Shown here in pieces: positions 38,301 through 51,170 of a stretch of DNA of 64,000 bases (position 1 is its first letter; every line of letters starts with the position of its first letter). Both the position numbers and the translations under genes were made by a program. Under the pieces are notes generated by a model. That model saw nothing but the letters and a program-made list of their open reading frames with translations. It had not been told where the DNA came from and did not search any database. The stretch comes from Ginglymostoma cirratum (Eukaryota): contig JAHRHZ010000250.1 of NCBI GenBank assembly GCA_024137785.1, positions 788,515-852,514 of the forward strand, in the 5' to 3' direction.

Positions 38301-38639
38301 TGTGTTTAGCACACGTCCAAGAACAGAATCTTATGCTCAGAAGTATAAACCCTCCCTCCTTCATCATTTCTCTAGCCAGCGTTCATTTCACTCCATCTCT
38401 TATTTCTCTATACTTAATAGATCAAGGTACTATGAGTAACTGTGGAATTACTGCCTCACACGTTCTGGTTTTAAATATATTGCTAGCTCCCCAAATTCTG
38501 CTTCAATATCTCATCTCTCTCTGTAGTTGTGTTTTTGGCATGAAAGTGACTACGACTTCTATTGGTGCACCCTCTGTGCTGCATCCTATCCACGGTATCC
38601 TTGATCCTGGCAGAGAGTGGCAACATGTCATTCTGCCCT

Positions 38640-39640
38640 TTTTAATTTATCCATTCGATATGAGAGTCACTGGCTGCACCAGTACTTGTTACACATTCCT
38701 AACTGACATGGGGCATATGCTGATTGTTATCTTCTGGAACCATTGCAGTTAATGGATGGTGTAAAGCAAGTTTGGATCAATTATGTTAAGAAAAAAAATG
38801 AGTTCCATGATTTTGACCCACTGATCATAAACGAATGGTGATATAGTTCCAGTCATTTCGTATCTGGAAGGTGTACTTGCAGCAGTGATGTTTCCATGAA
38901 TCTGGTGACCCTCTCCTTCAAGATATCAGGTAAATCCAGGAGCCTGGGAATTTCGAAGGTTCTATTCAAGAAGTCGCAGACAGTGACTAGAATGCATCAT
39001 AGACTGTGTAGACTGCTATCATTGAACATCATTTGTTGCACGTGCATGCTAGAGATGGTGAGTGGGGTGTAACTAAAGCTTGTTGCTTGTCTTTGACGAT
39101 TATGAACTTCTTGAGTGTTTATTTCTATACCCTTTGAGCGGCCTTCATCCAGGCTAGCGGAGTATCTTCTATTGTACACCTTTCTTGTGCTTTGCAGACA
39201 GTGGAAAGGCTTTTGGGATCAGGAGATGAGTCACTCGGTGCAGGATACATAGCTTCAGACCTGCTTTGTTCCCATTCTGTTTACATCACTGGCCCAGTTC
39301 ATTTTCTGGTAAAGGTGAAAGACCAAATGGTTAATTGTTGGGAATTGGGCAATGGAAAAATAAAATCAATGGTAAGGGATGGTGTTAAGATTGTTTCTTG
39401 TTAGGGCTGGTCATTGTTTTGTACTTGTTTGTTGCGAAAATTTCGAGCAACTGATCAGTTTAAGACCGTACGCTCTGAATATCTTGCTGTATTGTCTTGG
39501 GTTGATAATTTAGGACTAGTTCTGAAGATAATTGATGATGTTGATAAAAAAATGATTGGGCCCAAAACTCTACCTTAATGAATTTCTGCAGTTTATGAGA
39601 TGATTGATCTCCAACGTCTTCCTTTCCCCTCAACATGACA
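38640..39640 (-). mobile_element. Degenerate L2/CR1-clade LINE 3' part
   Basis: Reverse-complement similarity to 34800-35715 and to 15640-15960. Confidence 0.6.
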
Positions 39641-42032
39641 TCAATGCATGGTGCATTTTTTAACTGATTCTTATTTGTTCATTTTTACATACTCTGTCAA
39701 ATAAGGCTTTGACGCTAACGGTACTCACTCTGAACTCACTTCTGACATTCGGCTCTTTTCTTTCTGTTTGTATAAAGTTATCCATAATAAAGAGGTCAGC
39801 GGCGTTGCAAGCCCACTGCAAACTAAACTGAATTCCAATGTGCATTCGTAACAGTGCAACTGTTGCTACAAAGAATTGACTTATACCTGCTTCCTAGCAT
39901 TGCAGCTGATCGACAGCGGCCTCGCTCTCTCCTGTTTTGTTTGCAGTCAGGACATAGCTGGTAAACTTTGCTCACTGCGCAATTTGAACTGCGCACTTAC
40001 CATGATATTCTAATGCTTATCGTGCCGTCAAGTCCTGACGTGAATTCGAATCTGTCGACCAGCAGACGAGCGTAATGATGGCAAAACCGCGACATTTTTT
40101 GTCACCATGCACTCACAATGCACCCAATAATGTGTCATTTTACTTAATTAAAGTGCTGTCTTTTGAAATAGACCTATCTAAATCGGATATGTTACAGCCT
40201 CGCCTTTGAATTTTTCACTCAATATCCTCCTCACACTTTGGATAGTATTCCAGTCCTGTTTCCATGGGAACATTTACTCTCCAGTGCCCTTTCCTCCTGC
40301 GCATAGTGCACAATATTCAAACTCCCGCACATGTGATATTGATAATGCTTCTCACTCGCAGGAAAACGTTCACCCCTCGTTTTCCGAAATTGCCAGCTCT
40401 TCTTCCTTCGCTGACAATGTTTTTCGCCTCCCACGAAGATGACCGCTCATCTCCCTTCACTCCCCGCGCGCCTGCAGCAGGTCACCACGAAAAATGTAAC
40501 TTTTCCCTAATATCTGCGACCTTCCCTATCCAACCCGCATCACTGTTGTCATTTTTGATATTAGTGTTCAAGAATTAAGAATTCTGGAATGTATGTCATA
40601 GGGGTGGGCGGTGGGGAAGAAGGGTGGTGGAGCTGGTGGGGAAGGGTGCACTGTGGTAAATTTTGTCGGGGAGGGATCGATCAATCTCTGGAGAGGTGAC
40701 TGACGAGAGAGGCGTGAATGCTGTCCGGGGGAGTACATTGTTGGAGAGGGGGGTGACAAATGTGCTATCGCTTGGAACCATCGCACCTCAGCTGATGTAT
40801 TTCGCTTTGTACTCCTTATAGGCTTCACGTCCACCAAAGAAACTCAAATTTAATCCTTGTGTTAAAACAAAATACGAATAATTATCAGAGGAACAGACTT
40901 CTTGGATATAGCTGTCTAATTGTTTAGCCCCTTGAAGAATCAGGTAGTAGTCGGGTCGTGCGCAATCATCAACAGAATGTGAAAACGGTTCGCATGAGTA
41001 CGCGCATGTGTATGGTGGAACTCCTTCTGCAATTAAAGGCCCATGGGCGACATTTGAGTCATTTGCCGAATAGCACTTATAAGGACTTTTATTGGACACT
41101 ACTCTTGAATGTGGTTTCAGTTTTAATGAAACGTCGCAGAAGTTGGACTTGTGCTCCTAACGGCAGATGCGGGAACGGGAAAACCTACAAGAAATAGTTG
41201 AGATTATATGCTGTTTTTATTGGGCAAGTGGAAACAGATGTTTTCTATCGAGTGGTGATTTAACCAAAGCCAGCTTTTTTTTGAAATTGCCAAATAGCAC
41301 ATAGGTAATGCAGGTTCTCCAGCCGTTGGAATTTCCGATCCTGAACACATTACCTTGACGACTGATGAAATCAATTTGTATAGGAACTGTTATAGGCAAT
41401 TCATCATACATTTAACTGGACGATTTTATAAGCCTATTGAGGAATAGGGCTTGGGAATCAACTGGACAGTTTTTTAGGCGTGGCACATTAACACGCAGCC
41501 AAATGGCCACTTTTTGTACCTTTAAAATCTGTTTCATTAATTAACCCTTTTAATTTGGATTGCGAATGTACTATTCTCCTCTGCAGATATCAAGGAATAA
41601 AGCAATCACAAAGTGAAATTCGCTGACAAATTGGAAATCAGGAAAACAATGTTAAAATTTGAGGGTAAAACATATTGAAACTACATTGTATACCGTGTTT
41701 CGGAAAATGCCATTGAGAACATTTAACTGATTTTTTTCTGGTCATCATCATGGTACATTTCAATCTTAAAAGCACATAGCGTCAGAAAGAAAATGTTATT
41801 GATGGAAAGTATTTGACAGTCACACACGTTTATGAGGTTGAAGACACGTGAATTGGGGACAAGGGATAAATGTTAGTCACGATTTTTAAAAGTTTTTTTA
41901 AAAGAAACAAATGAATGTATTAGCTGTATTATAATTTCTTTTTCGTAAGTAGATGCTATTTGTGTTGTACAAGGTAAATTAGAAATTATCCGTGGCCTGA
42001 AACAGCCTCGCTTTAAGTGCTTGAATTGGGTT

Positions 42033-42090
42033 GGACTCTGCGTGACGCTTTCTACCAATAGAAAGCACGGTTGTTCCGAGAGATCTACCC
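42033..42090 (+). promoter_or_regulatory. Protocadherin promoter CSE (CGCT box + CCAAT) plus downstream GAGATCTACCC motif
   Basis: GGACTCTGCGTGACGCTTTCTACCAATAG with CGCT at 42046, 266 bp upstream of the ATG; matches the first promoter. Confidence 0.85.
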
Positions 42091-42311
42091 CTCCTTCGCC
42101 TGTCATCGGACTCGAACAAGAAGACAAAGAACCTCTGCAGCTAAGTATTGCGGCATTGTTCTTCAAGGCGGAGGTTTAATATTCACGTTTATTTTCAATT
42201 TTAACATCGCTATTTGCAGTTATCGTGGCTTCTCGGAAGAAATAACTGAGCGCAAACGGCTCAAGACAAATCCTTGTTCAGTATTCACATCGACTTTAGC
42301 AACAAAATAAC

Positions 42312-44828
42312 ATGACAGAGGAGCAGAGCATTAGCGCAACATCGCGCACTCTGCTTAATTTAATTCGCTTATTCCTCGTGACTGATGTTTTTGGACAAAT
42401 TCAATATTCAGTTCCCGAGGAACTAGAGCATGGAGCTTTCGTGGGGAACATTGCTGAAGATTTAAATTTAAATATCAGGAGACTGATTGCTCGGAAATTT
42501 CGTCTCGTCACTGATGGCACGAATAAATACTTCGATGTAAACTTCCGAAACGGGATTTTATTTGTGAATGAAATAATTGACAGAGAGCAAATCTGTGGAC
42601 ATATTTCAACCTGCGTAATTTCATTTGAAGTCGTGATGGAAAACCCATTGGAAATATACAGTGTTGACGTGGAACTAAGAGATATAAATGATAATTCACC
42701 TACTTTTGCAAAGGGCAAGATTTTCGTTGAAATCGCTGAATCATTTGCTCCAGGAGCGCGCTTTCCTCTGGAGGGCGCACATGATTTGGACGTAGGCACC
42801 AATTCTGTCAACGCCTACCGGATCAGTTCAAATGAATACTTCGGTCTCAACACACAGACACGAAGTGACAGCAGTATAATTGTTGAGTTGTTATTGGAGA
42901 AGTCCTTGGACCGAGAAAAGGAATCGTCATTTCATCTTGTACTGACGGCGATGGACGCTGGGATTCCGGAGCGATCGGGTACAGCCGAAGTAATAGTTAC
43001 AGTTCTGGATGCAAATGACAACGCGCCTGTGTTCGAACACGAAAAATATGAAGTCAGCCTATTCGAGAATGTCTCGAAAGGCTTTCTGGTCATCCAGCTC
43101 AAAGCGAATGATGCAGATGAAGGGACGAATGCTGAGGTACAATACTTTTTCAATACACATACTTCTCAAAGAGTGCGACAGCTGTTCAGGCTGAACGCAC
43201 AAAGTGGAGAAATTGAAGTTCAAGGTGTTCTAGACTTTGAAGATTCAATTGTTTACGAAATTGAAGTACAAGCCACGGATAAAGGCATCTTAGCACTGGC
43301 GGGACACACTCAAGTCCGGGTCACATTAATTGATGTCAATGACAACGCTCCCGAAGTTAAAGTGATCTCAGTATCCAACGCAATCCCCGAAAATGCGACA
43401 TTAGGTACTACAATAGCTTTAATTAGTGTAACGGACAGAGATACTGGAGACAATGGGAGAACTGATTGTCAAGTGCTTAGGAACATTCCTTTTAAACTCC
43501 ATGAATCTCTAAAGAACCAGTATAAGTTAATTACCAGTGGCATACTAGATCGCGAAATGGTTCCTTTGTACAACGTGACCATCGTAGCCTGGGACACTGG
43601 GACTCCACGTCTTTACACAAATAAAACTATTGTGGTGCCCGTAACAGATATAAATGATAATGCGCCAAGATTTACGCAATCTTTATATGCTGTATATGTG
43701 AAGGAGAACATTGCTCGGGGTTCTTCATTTTTTACAGTTACGGCTTTTGATCCTGATTTTGGAGAAAATTCGCGTGTATCCTATTCTATTCTGGGTAACC
43801 AGTACGAAGACGTTTCAGTTCCGAATTATATTGATATTAATTCCAACGATGGCAATATCTATGCGCTACGTTCTTTTGACTATGAAGAAACAAAAAGCTT
43901 TCAAGTTCGCGTGCAAGCAACGGATAACGGAATCCCTAAATTGAGTAGCAGCACTACTGTTACTGTGACTATTCTTGATGAAAATGACAATGCTCCCGTA
44001 ATTATTTCTCCTTTAGTGAGAAATGGTTCAGCTACATTGCGAAAGGTACCTCAGTCAGCATTTCCGGGATATTTAATTGCCAAGGTAGTCGCGTCTGATG
44101 CGGATTCTGGCCAGAATGCAAGACTTTCCTTTCAATTACTTGGAGCTACTGACACTGGCCTAGTCAGCTTAGGGTTTCACTCTGGGGAAATCAAGCTAGC
44201 ACGGGCACTTACTGATAAAGATCTCACTATGCAACGTCTGAATGTCCTCGTGAAGGATAATGGAGAGCCAAGCCTTTCGAACAGGGTCTCCCTTTACTTT
44301 TCAATAATGAGCAGCGCGAATGAAACATTCGTTGAATCTCGTGACTTGCTCAAGAAAACCGAATACTTCTCAGATTTTAACTTGTATTTAATAATTATTC
44401 TGGGGACAATTTCCTTAATATTTTTTGTGACAATTATCGTCCTTTTTGTCGTTAAATTGCGTCAAGGTACAAATGTTCGTGGTTACAATTCTGGCTTTTG
44501 TTGTGCGCGTTCAAATTCTCTGGATACTTGTAATCAGAGACAGATTCCAGGAGAATATCTGAACTATCTTGGAGATAATCAGACAATCTCCGTTCGTGAT
44601 CGCCAGCACTACAGGATGTATTTATCCGCAAGTTCGCCGGGGACTGACTTTTTCTTCATGAAACCTTTCGATGCAACTTTGCCCTGCAGTGAAGTGAAGG
44701 ATAATACTATAAACAACTCGACAGAGCAACCTAAGGAAACAATTGCGTTGAACGATAAGTATTGCAAAAGGGAACAGTTAAATATATGTGGCCAAGATTG
44801 TCTCAAATGTGAGTTCAGTTCTCAATAG
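42312..44828 (+). CDS. Clustered protocadherin variable exon (838 aa ORF): signal peptide, EC1-EC6, TM, cytoplasmic tail
   Basis: GQIQYSVPEE...GAFVGNIAEDL start of EC1, IDREQICGHISTC, six cadherin repeats with DxNDNxP linkers, TM LYLIIILGTISLIFFVTIIVLFVV, tail TDFFFMKP. Paralog of the 11981 ORF. Confidence 0.96.
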   Translation: MTEEQSISATSRTLLNLIRLFLVTDVFGQIQYSVPEELEHGAFVGNIAEDLNLNIRRLIARKFRLVTDGTNKYFDVNFRNGILFVNEIIDREQICGHISTCVISFEVVMENPLEIYSVDVELRDINDNSPTFAKGKIFVEIAESFAPGARFPLEGAHDLDVGTNSVNAYRISSNEYFGLNTQTRSDSSIIVELLLEKSLDREKESSFHLVLTAMDAGIPERSGTAEVIVTVLDANDNAPVFEHEKYEVSLFENVSKGFLVIQLKANDADEGTNAEVQYFFNTHTSQRVRQLFRLNAQSGEIEVQGVLDFEDSIVYEIEVQATDKGILALAGHTQVRVTLIDVNDNAPEVKVISVSNAIPENATLGTTIALISVTDRDTGDNGRTDCQVLRNIPFKLHESLKNQYKLITSGILDREMVPLYNVTIVAWDTGTPRLYTNKTIVVPVTDINDNAPRFTQSLYAVYVKENIARGSSFFTVTAFDPDFGENSRVSYSILGNQYEDVSVPNYIDINSNDGNIYALRSFDYEETKSFQVRVQATDNGIPKLSSSTTVTVTILDENDNAPVIISPLVRNGSATLRKVPQSAFPGYLIAKVVASDADSGQNARLSFQLLGATDTGLVSLGFHSGEIKLARALTDKDLTMQRLNVLVKDNGEPSLSNRVSLYFSIMSSANETFVESRDLLKKTEYFSDFNLYLIIILGTISLIFFVTIIVLFVVKLRQGTNVRGYNSGFCCARSNSLDTCNQRQIPGEYLNYLGDNQTISVRDRQHYRMYLSASSPGTDFFFMKPFDATLPCSEVKDNTINNSTEQPKETIALNDKYCKREQLNICGQDCLKCEFSSQ

Positions 44829-45674
44829 CTGATGCGTTCTCTAAGAATTCGTTTAAAAAATCTTCAAAAGTGTGAAAGCAGATTGAACCTCAGGCTATTT
44901 TCCAATGTCTGTTCTACAGCAATAAAAACGCCTTCCATGTCTTCCCATGTTTCTTCTTTTAATTGGACATATGACTGTGACATCTTTGTTGTTTATAACA
45001 GGATTAAATTAATATCGCTCAATCGTGTTTTAACATTGTTCATTCGTAAGAATCAAGTAATATTTTTCATTTTCTGACATTTCCCTCGTTGCCAAAATAC
45101 ATAGGGTTAGGTTTATAACATGTTCTGGAATTACAGGTGATGCTAAACATAGTCATACCATCGTGTCATTTGTCTATCTTTTTGGATTTTCAGTAATACC
45201 AATGTCAATACAACGTACTACTTTCGATCAGAACTATCAGTTCTGTTCAAAGTAAACCACAGGACAATAGATAACAGTGGAAGTCAATATTGAGTACACA
45301 TAGTGTACAACAGGAAAGCTGAGGAGAGCGAGGAATATTCAGATATGGCTCGTCATCTTTGGACTATCTGCGCCAATATCGGGAAATCGATAAGGCAGTC
45401 TTTTTTTTGAGAAAGGGGGCGGGTAGGACGAGGCTCGTGCAGGGAGGATCTCACTGCGGTCCTAATTTAGTCAATGCATCTAGTAAGTGTTCCGCCCGAC
45501 CAGGCTTCACCAAAACTACTAACAAAGTATCTGCTGGCCGATCCTGAACCAATGTGCCAGGTGTAACCTTTCTCGCGATCCGTTTCGCACACTCTCCTGA
45601 TCAATGCCCGAAAAAAGGAACTCGTTATAGAATCAGATTTGAATATTGAAGTGATAATAGTGTTTTATAACAAT

Positions 45675-46900
45675 ATGGCGCAACCTCAGAAAGGGTCCAA
45701 AGGATGAGTGCTATAAAGTGCACCCGACTGTCAGCCGTAACTTTCGTTGCAATGTTGGTGTGAAAATTAAGTTTTCATTTTTTTCAGGGACGATTCCTTC
45801 CTTCCCGAGGGCGAATTGAAAAGAAAATAAATGAAAATGTCTAAAATAGTTAAACATTTCTCACAATAGTTCGCGCAAAACTAATATAGTAAACTATGTT
45901 TGATCGTCAATCCATTGTTGACAGTGGGACACATCAACGGCGTAATGAAAAATTGCCCAGCGATATTCCTTTTATTACCTTAATCAACCTTTTGAGCATA
46001 AATGTTGTGTGTTAATAGACATTAGTCCAGACAGATTCTTGTTGTAGCAATATCAGAGCGCCTTTAAAGCAGTGTGGAATTTTACACGTTCACTGACACT
46101 TGAGATGAACCACAAGCATTGTAACCTAAACCCATATTGTATATTGAGACGATTAGATTTTGCTTCGTGTGCTAGAATTCCAATATAACATGCTCCAAAC
46201 AACGGAGATGTGAAATATTTATTGTAGTGAATGAACTAATTCATTAGCTGCATTTTGTCCCTTCTATAGTTATAAAAGGATGAAAAGCAAAAAGGATAAA
46301 TAATCCCATTTTCCAATCATGTAGGTATAACACGGAGACACGGTTTATATCCATGCGCTTGTATTAATAATATTCATGTATTATTTAAGCTAAAATTGAA
46401 ATATTTTATCTTTTATGCTACAGCATAGAACAACAAAATTTAGAAGATGGCAGCCTTCACTGGAATTCCGAAAATGATCAACAGCAAATCATCAATGCCA
46501 TTGCAACAACATCCAACTAATATCTTCCGTATATGTGTCCTGGAAGGATTTCTTTTTGATGACTTCATTATCAATATGCTTTTAATGATATTACGGCATT
46601 ACGCAATTTATAACGTGGTAATAACTTTATGTGTGTTTTTGTCAGGTGATATGTAAATTTTGAGCTCACAATTCTGTTTGAACTCCTTTCATCAAAGAGA
46701 CCACTGAAATGATCAGTGCCGTGCAAGACTTAAGTATTGTAAGATGTTTTGAAGAAACTTGTATTTTGTATCCTGTAAATTTGTTAACCATTGACAGATA
46801 TACATTTATGGACGCTTAAGTTATCTATCTGTCTGTTCTGCATGAAAAGATGCAACGTGCAGCCAGCAATAAATCTGTGAGTGAAACAATAGGTCTTGTA
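45675..46900 (+). pseudogene. Highly degenerate protocadherin exon candidate C (EC1-EC3 region)
   Basis: AACAATATGGCGCAACCTCAG resembles the start context AACAATGGCGAAAAGCCTCAG of the first gene; FASCARIPI*HA..GDV at about 46160 (cf. FAPGARFPLEGAHDLDV); AAFTGIPK and IFRICVLEGFLFDDFII in ORF 46447 (cf. AIDGGIPR, LYRVNALESLPKGSLII). Motifs occur in the expected order. Confidence 0.45.
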
Positions 46901-47689
46901 TTAAAGAAATACTTGGAAAAGTTTGACAAAGAACAATTCTCATCAAAAATACTCTTATGTATTCATTAATGAGATTTCTTTAACATTATTCACTCGTGAG
47001 ATGTGGATGGCGCTGGCTGGGCCAGCATTTATTGCCCCTCACTAGGTACCATTGAACAGGTGGTGGTGAGATTGTAATTTATAAACTATTTAAAATCGTG
47101 AAGCCAGATTTACTTTGCTAGATATAATATTTAATGGAGACTATGACAATTCTTAATTACTATGACTTATATTTAACAGAATTCTGATTTCTGTGGCAAT
47201 GTATTAAAACATGAGGAATTTACATCCAAGAGTAATCAACAGGTGTGAATTACGAAATGAAAATGCTCGTCTACGATCATCTATAAACATTCAAACACAC
47301 GAACTAGGATCAGAAATAAGCTATTAAACTCCTCTTAGTGGATATTTTTCATATTTAAATATGACTAGAGAGAGCTACCCTTGGTATTTATAGAAACATG
47401 ATCATTCAACAAAAGCAAATTATTGTAGATTGTGAAGATCTGAGGTTTCTTTTTAATGTTACAGAAACTAATCAGAGTTGCAAAGTTACCAGAGAGTCTG
47501 AAGCGATTGTCCAAGAATGGAAATGGGATTAGGAAAGTAAAATCGCTGTTATCAAGTGTGACCAAAATAGCCCGAACAGGCTCCTTCTGTGGTCTAAACG
47601 TCTTCCAGTCTCCGAAAATGCCAGCATTTGTGGAGAGATGAACAGTGTTAATAGGACTCTGCTTCAAAACTGAAGAGGCCTAGAAAATT

Positions 47690-47717
47690 CTGAAGAAAGG
47701 TCCCGACCCGAAACGTC
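47690..47717 (+). ncRNA. Minimal hammerhead ribozyme motif in a Penelope pLTR; core nucleotides intact
   Basis: CTGAAGA-A-AGGT(CCCG)ACCC-GAAA-C-GTC; flanks GAAAATT / AGCTTTC can form helix I (6 of 7 pairs); one mismatch at the base of helix II. Confidence 0.6.
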
Positions 47718-49489
47718 AGCTTTCCTGCTCCTTTGATGCTTCCTGGCCTGCTGTGTTCCTCCAGCTCCACACTGTGTTATCTTAGGGCTAGACAATGACG
47801 GTTTCACATAGTGCCAAAGAAGAGCAGTAGAAAGTACTGTAGGTGGTAATGGTGTCAAGAGCAAAGGTCAAGTGAATTATTATTGGTACAATTGCCACCT
47901 GTTCTCTCGTTCCTCCTCACTTTTGTGAGCTGCATAAAGAAAAAGTAATTTTCCATCCGATTCCATTCTAAAGTTGAGTCACATTCAGCACAAAAAGTTA
48001 ACACCGTTTCTCTCTCCATGGATGCTCTTAGACTTGCTGAGCTTCTCTAGCACTTTCTGATATTACAAGAAAATCTTTAACTTTGCTTGGCTCCATCCTT
48101 TTGATGTAAGCAGCTCTGGAAGTGCATTAGGTAGCTTTCCTCAATTTTCTTTTTAAATTCAACCTTAAATAATCTACCACACCAGTACACATTCAGAAAG
48201 TACATGACCGGATTAAATTGTTTTTCCTGTTTCCTAAATCATACCTAGTTTCCCTTAGATCTTTTTTGGAATGGTGCAATTATCCAACGAGGAGATCTTG
48301 GGCAGGTGATCCTGTATCACCTAGGAAAATGTGAGGTGATTTTATTCAAATATTGATATGACATTATGTCTTAGGATGGAAGTAGTGAAGATGTCTTCCT
48401 TTTGTAGTAAAGAAAAACTCTAAGACATGGTCTAAGAATAATCGATCTCCCTCCCGAGAAAGACACAGAAAGTTGTCTTTCATTCTTTTGCAGAGTCTCC
48501 AGAATATTTCACTGCTGAAATGAGAAATTTTGTTCTGAAAATAAGTCCATGTCCAAGCAGATAAGTTTTTGGTAGATGAAGGAATCGAAGACTATGAGTA
48601 GACAGAAGTATGGTTGAAAGCATAACTGCATCAAGTAGTAAATTTTTAATGCGGTTGTATTTGGGTTGAAGGGTTAATCCGCTGTCGAGTCCTAACCTAC
48701 ATCCCAATAAAGCTGTGTTGTAATTGTCACTTTTCTTTTACCTAACAATAAGTAGTTATAAATTATTTAAAAATCACAGTGTATAAATAAATAAAAAGAA
48801 GGAAAACAGCAACTGAAATTTAAATGATAACATGAACATAATTTCATAGGAGGCTATCAAACAAAAGTTGAGTCTGAACCTCACAGGGGTACATTGGGGT
48901 AGATAACCCCAGTTCATTGTTCAAAAAGTTATGTTTTGTGAAGGATTTAGATGGGGAAAGACAAATGAGATTCCCTGCCAGCAGCTGGGAATTTCATCAA
49001 ATGAAACATCTCGGATTTTGCAGGAAGGCCAAAGTTCTTATGATTATAATATGATAACACAATTAAGTAATTGTTTTTGTGTGTTTATTTTAGCAGTGCA
49101 TGCAACTGGAATGTTAATTGAATAAGCTAACCAAAAGGCTAGCTGGTCCATGGTTATTATAAAGACAAATTCTTTAAGTATATATAAACATCAACTACTA
49201 TATCTGTAAAGGACATGTCAAGAAATGTTTTCCAAAATCTCTTGGCAGGAAAATGCATAGCTACACGAGTCATACACCTTGTGGCCAATAGAGGAATTTT
49301 ACATCAAAAATAAATATATGTTGAGTTACATAATATGATGTTTTTGGTAAATGTGACATGCGGAAAGAATTTTATGATTGCATAACTTGGACATACATAT
49401 TACAATTTCGTGTTACTTCTGTTGGGTGACGAGCACACATATCAGAAGACATTTTCGCAGTGATTTTCCAGGTGTTCACACAATTCTTA

Positions 49490-49785
49490 CAGAGTGTACG
49501 CAAGCCATTCAGCCTATTCAACCTGCCGAAGAGCATTGCACCCTGACCAAGTGCCCTACTTTCTCCCTCTAACCCTGCATATTCCATGACTAATCCACCT
49601 AGCCTATACATCCATGGATACTTTTGGCAATAGAGTATGGTAAATTCACCTAATCAGCCTATTTTTGGAATGCAGCAGGCAGAATGTGAAAACTCCACAC
49701 AGACAGTTGCACAAGGATGGAATCGAAATCCGGTCCCTGGGGTGCGAGTCAGCAGTGCTAACCAGTGAACGATCATGCCACCCAT
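49490..49785 (-). mobile_element. HE1-like (V-SINE) tRNA-derived SINE
   Basis: AAACTCCACACAGACAG...GGAATCGAAATCCGGTCCCTGG...CAGCAGTGCTAACC...TGCCACCC is an antisense tRNA-like head with A/B boxes. Confidence 0.75.
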
Positions 49786-50469
49786 ATAGACAAAACAGTT
49801 TAACAGGGTCTAGGCCCGAAAGGTCAGCCTTCCTGCTCCTCTGATGTTGCTTGGCCTGCTGTGTTCATCCAGCTCTACACCTTGTTATCTCAGATTCTCC
49901 AGCATCTGCAGTTCCTAGTATCTCTGAAACAGATTTATTTATATTGTTTGTTAAAGGATTACATTACAAAATACACATACAGCTATTAATACGAAAATGG
50001 AAATATAAGAACCCACAACGTAGGAAGGTTTTGTTAAAATGTACGTTCAGAAAAAGAAACATGTTCAGAGTGAGAGTGACTATATTGGAGTTACGTTGAG
50101 AGAGTGTGAGTAACTGAGTAACTTATTCATTTTAGCAAAGGAGGGAAAACGTGTTTTAAACAAGGCTTACTCCAATAAATAAAGTGTCCAGGGCAAGAGA
50201 GGAGTGCGACAAGAAATAAGTAATGGATCCTGAGGTCTTCTTGTACTGAGCCGTCAGGCAGTCTGCTGTCACAAATGCAGTGAATGTAATTGATTGGTGA
50301 GTAAGTTTGGTCAGTATTTTAACTCATTAAAGTGGAAGATGGATTATAATTTTATTGTTGATTTCTCTCGACTAGTTTTTTTGCCATCGCTGAGTTTTTT
50401 AAAAGTAAATCCATACTTAATCCAAGGCTAAGAAAGATTTATCAAAATTACAGAAATGACAAGGCAGTG

Positions 50470-51170
50470 AGAAGTGGAGTGTACATCCTGCAATATTAGA
50501 TAATTCATGAACATATCATGTGTCCAAGAAAAGCCCATCTGCAGGAAGTGTCACCAAGTGCACAATCTTGAAGTATGTTTGTGGAAGGTGGGGAGGTAAT
50601 GGATTCTCCGTTGTGCATCCACAAGGAAGAGCACTGCCTTGATATCTTATAGCTACATGGTCACATCACATCTTACAAGCACGATGGCACAAGGAATCTG
50701 TGACAAGTCGGCAGTCTAAGAAAACCATATAGATTTTGTAGGAATACACCATGTCTATGGTGTTTGCTAATCGATATATGATTTGGAATCTGGTGAGAGT
50801 GATGGTTCCTTGGCAGAGATGCACCTAAGGCCAAGACCACGGCAATGCAAAAGTCTCGACTCTACAGGGATGGACAATCGACGATACAAGAGAGTTAACT
50901 AAGAAGGATGAAATAGTCATGAGGTCAGACAGGCGTATCTGTGGCAGTAAACATGACTTGTGGATGGTGCGTTGTATCCTTTGTTCCAGTGTCATGGATA
51001 TGACAGGACAATTGCAGGACATTCTTTTGGGGTGAGTTGAGTAAGCCACAAGTTAAGGTCCACAATGGTACGAATGACTGAGTTCGGAAAAAGGGTGAGA
51101 TGCTGAAGGCAGATTTCAATAAATTAGGAAGAAAATTAAAAAGCAAAAGCCAAATGAAGTATTCGCAGGA
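50470..51170 (+). mobile_element. Degenerate CR1 ORF1 remnant
   Basis: Cys-rich ICRKC at about 50537; HNGTND at about 51061; collinear with 56200-56870. Confidence 0.6.

Noticed and set aside
38258-38752. 164-aa hydrophobic ORF
   Set aside because: Spans CR1 tail and LINE remnants; no recognisable domain.
39900-41220. CpG-richer block with several short ORFs upstream of gene 2
   Set aside because: No recognisable protein motif, termini or repeat relationship could be established by eye; probably an old TE relic.
42401-43153. Antisense ORFs overlapping the protocadherin exons
   Set aside because: Shadow frames of the real CDS with no independent homology.
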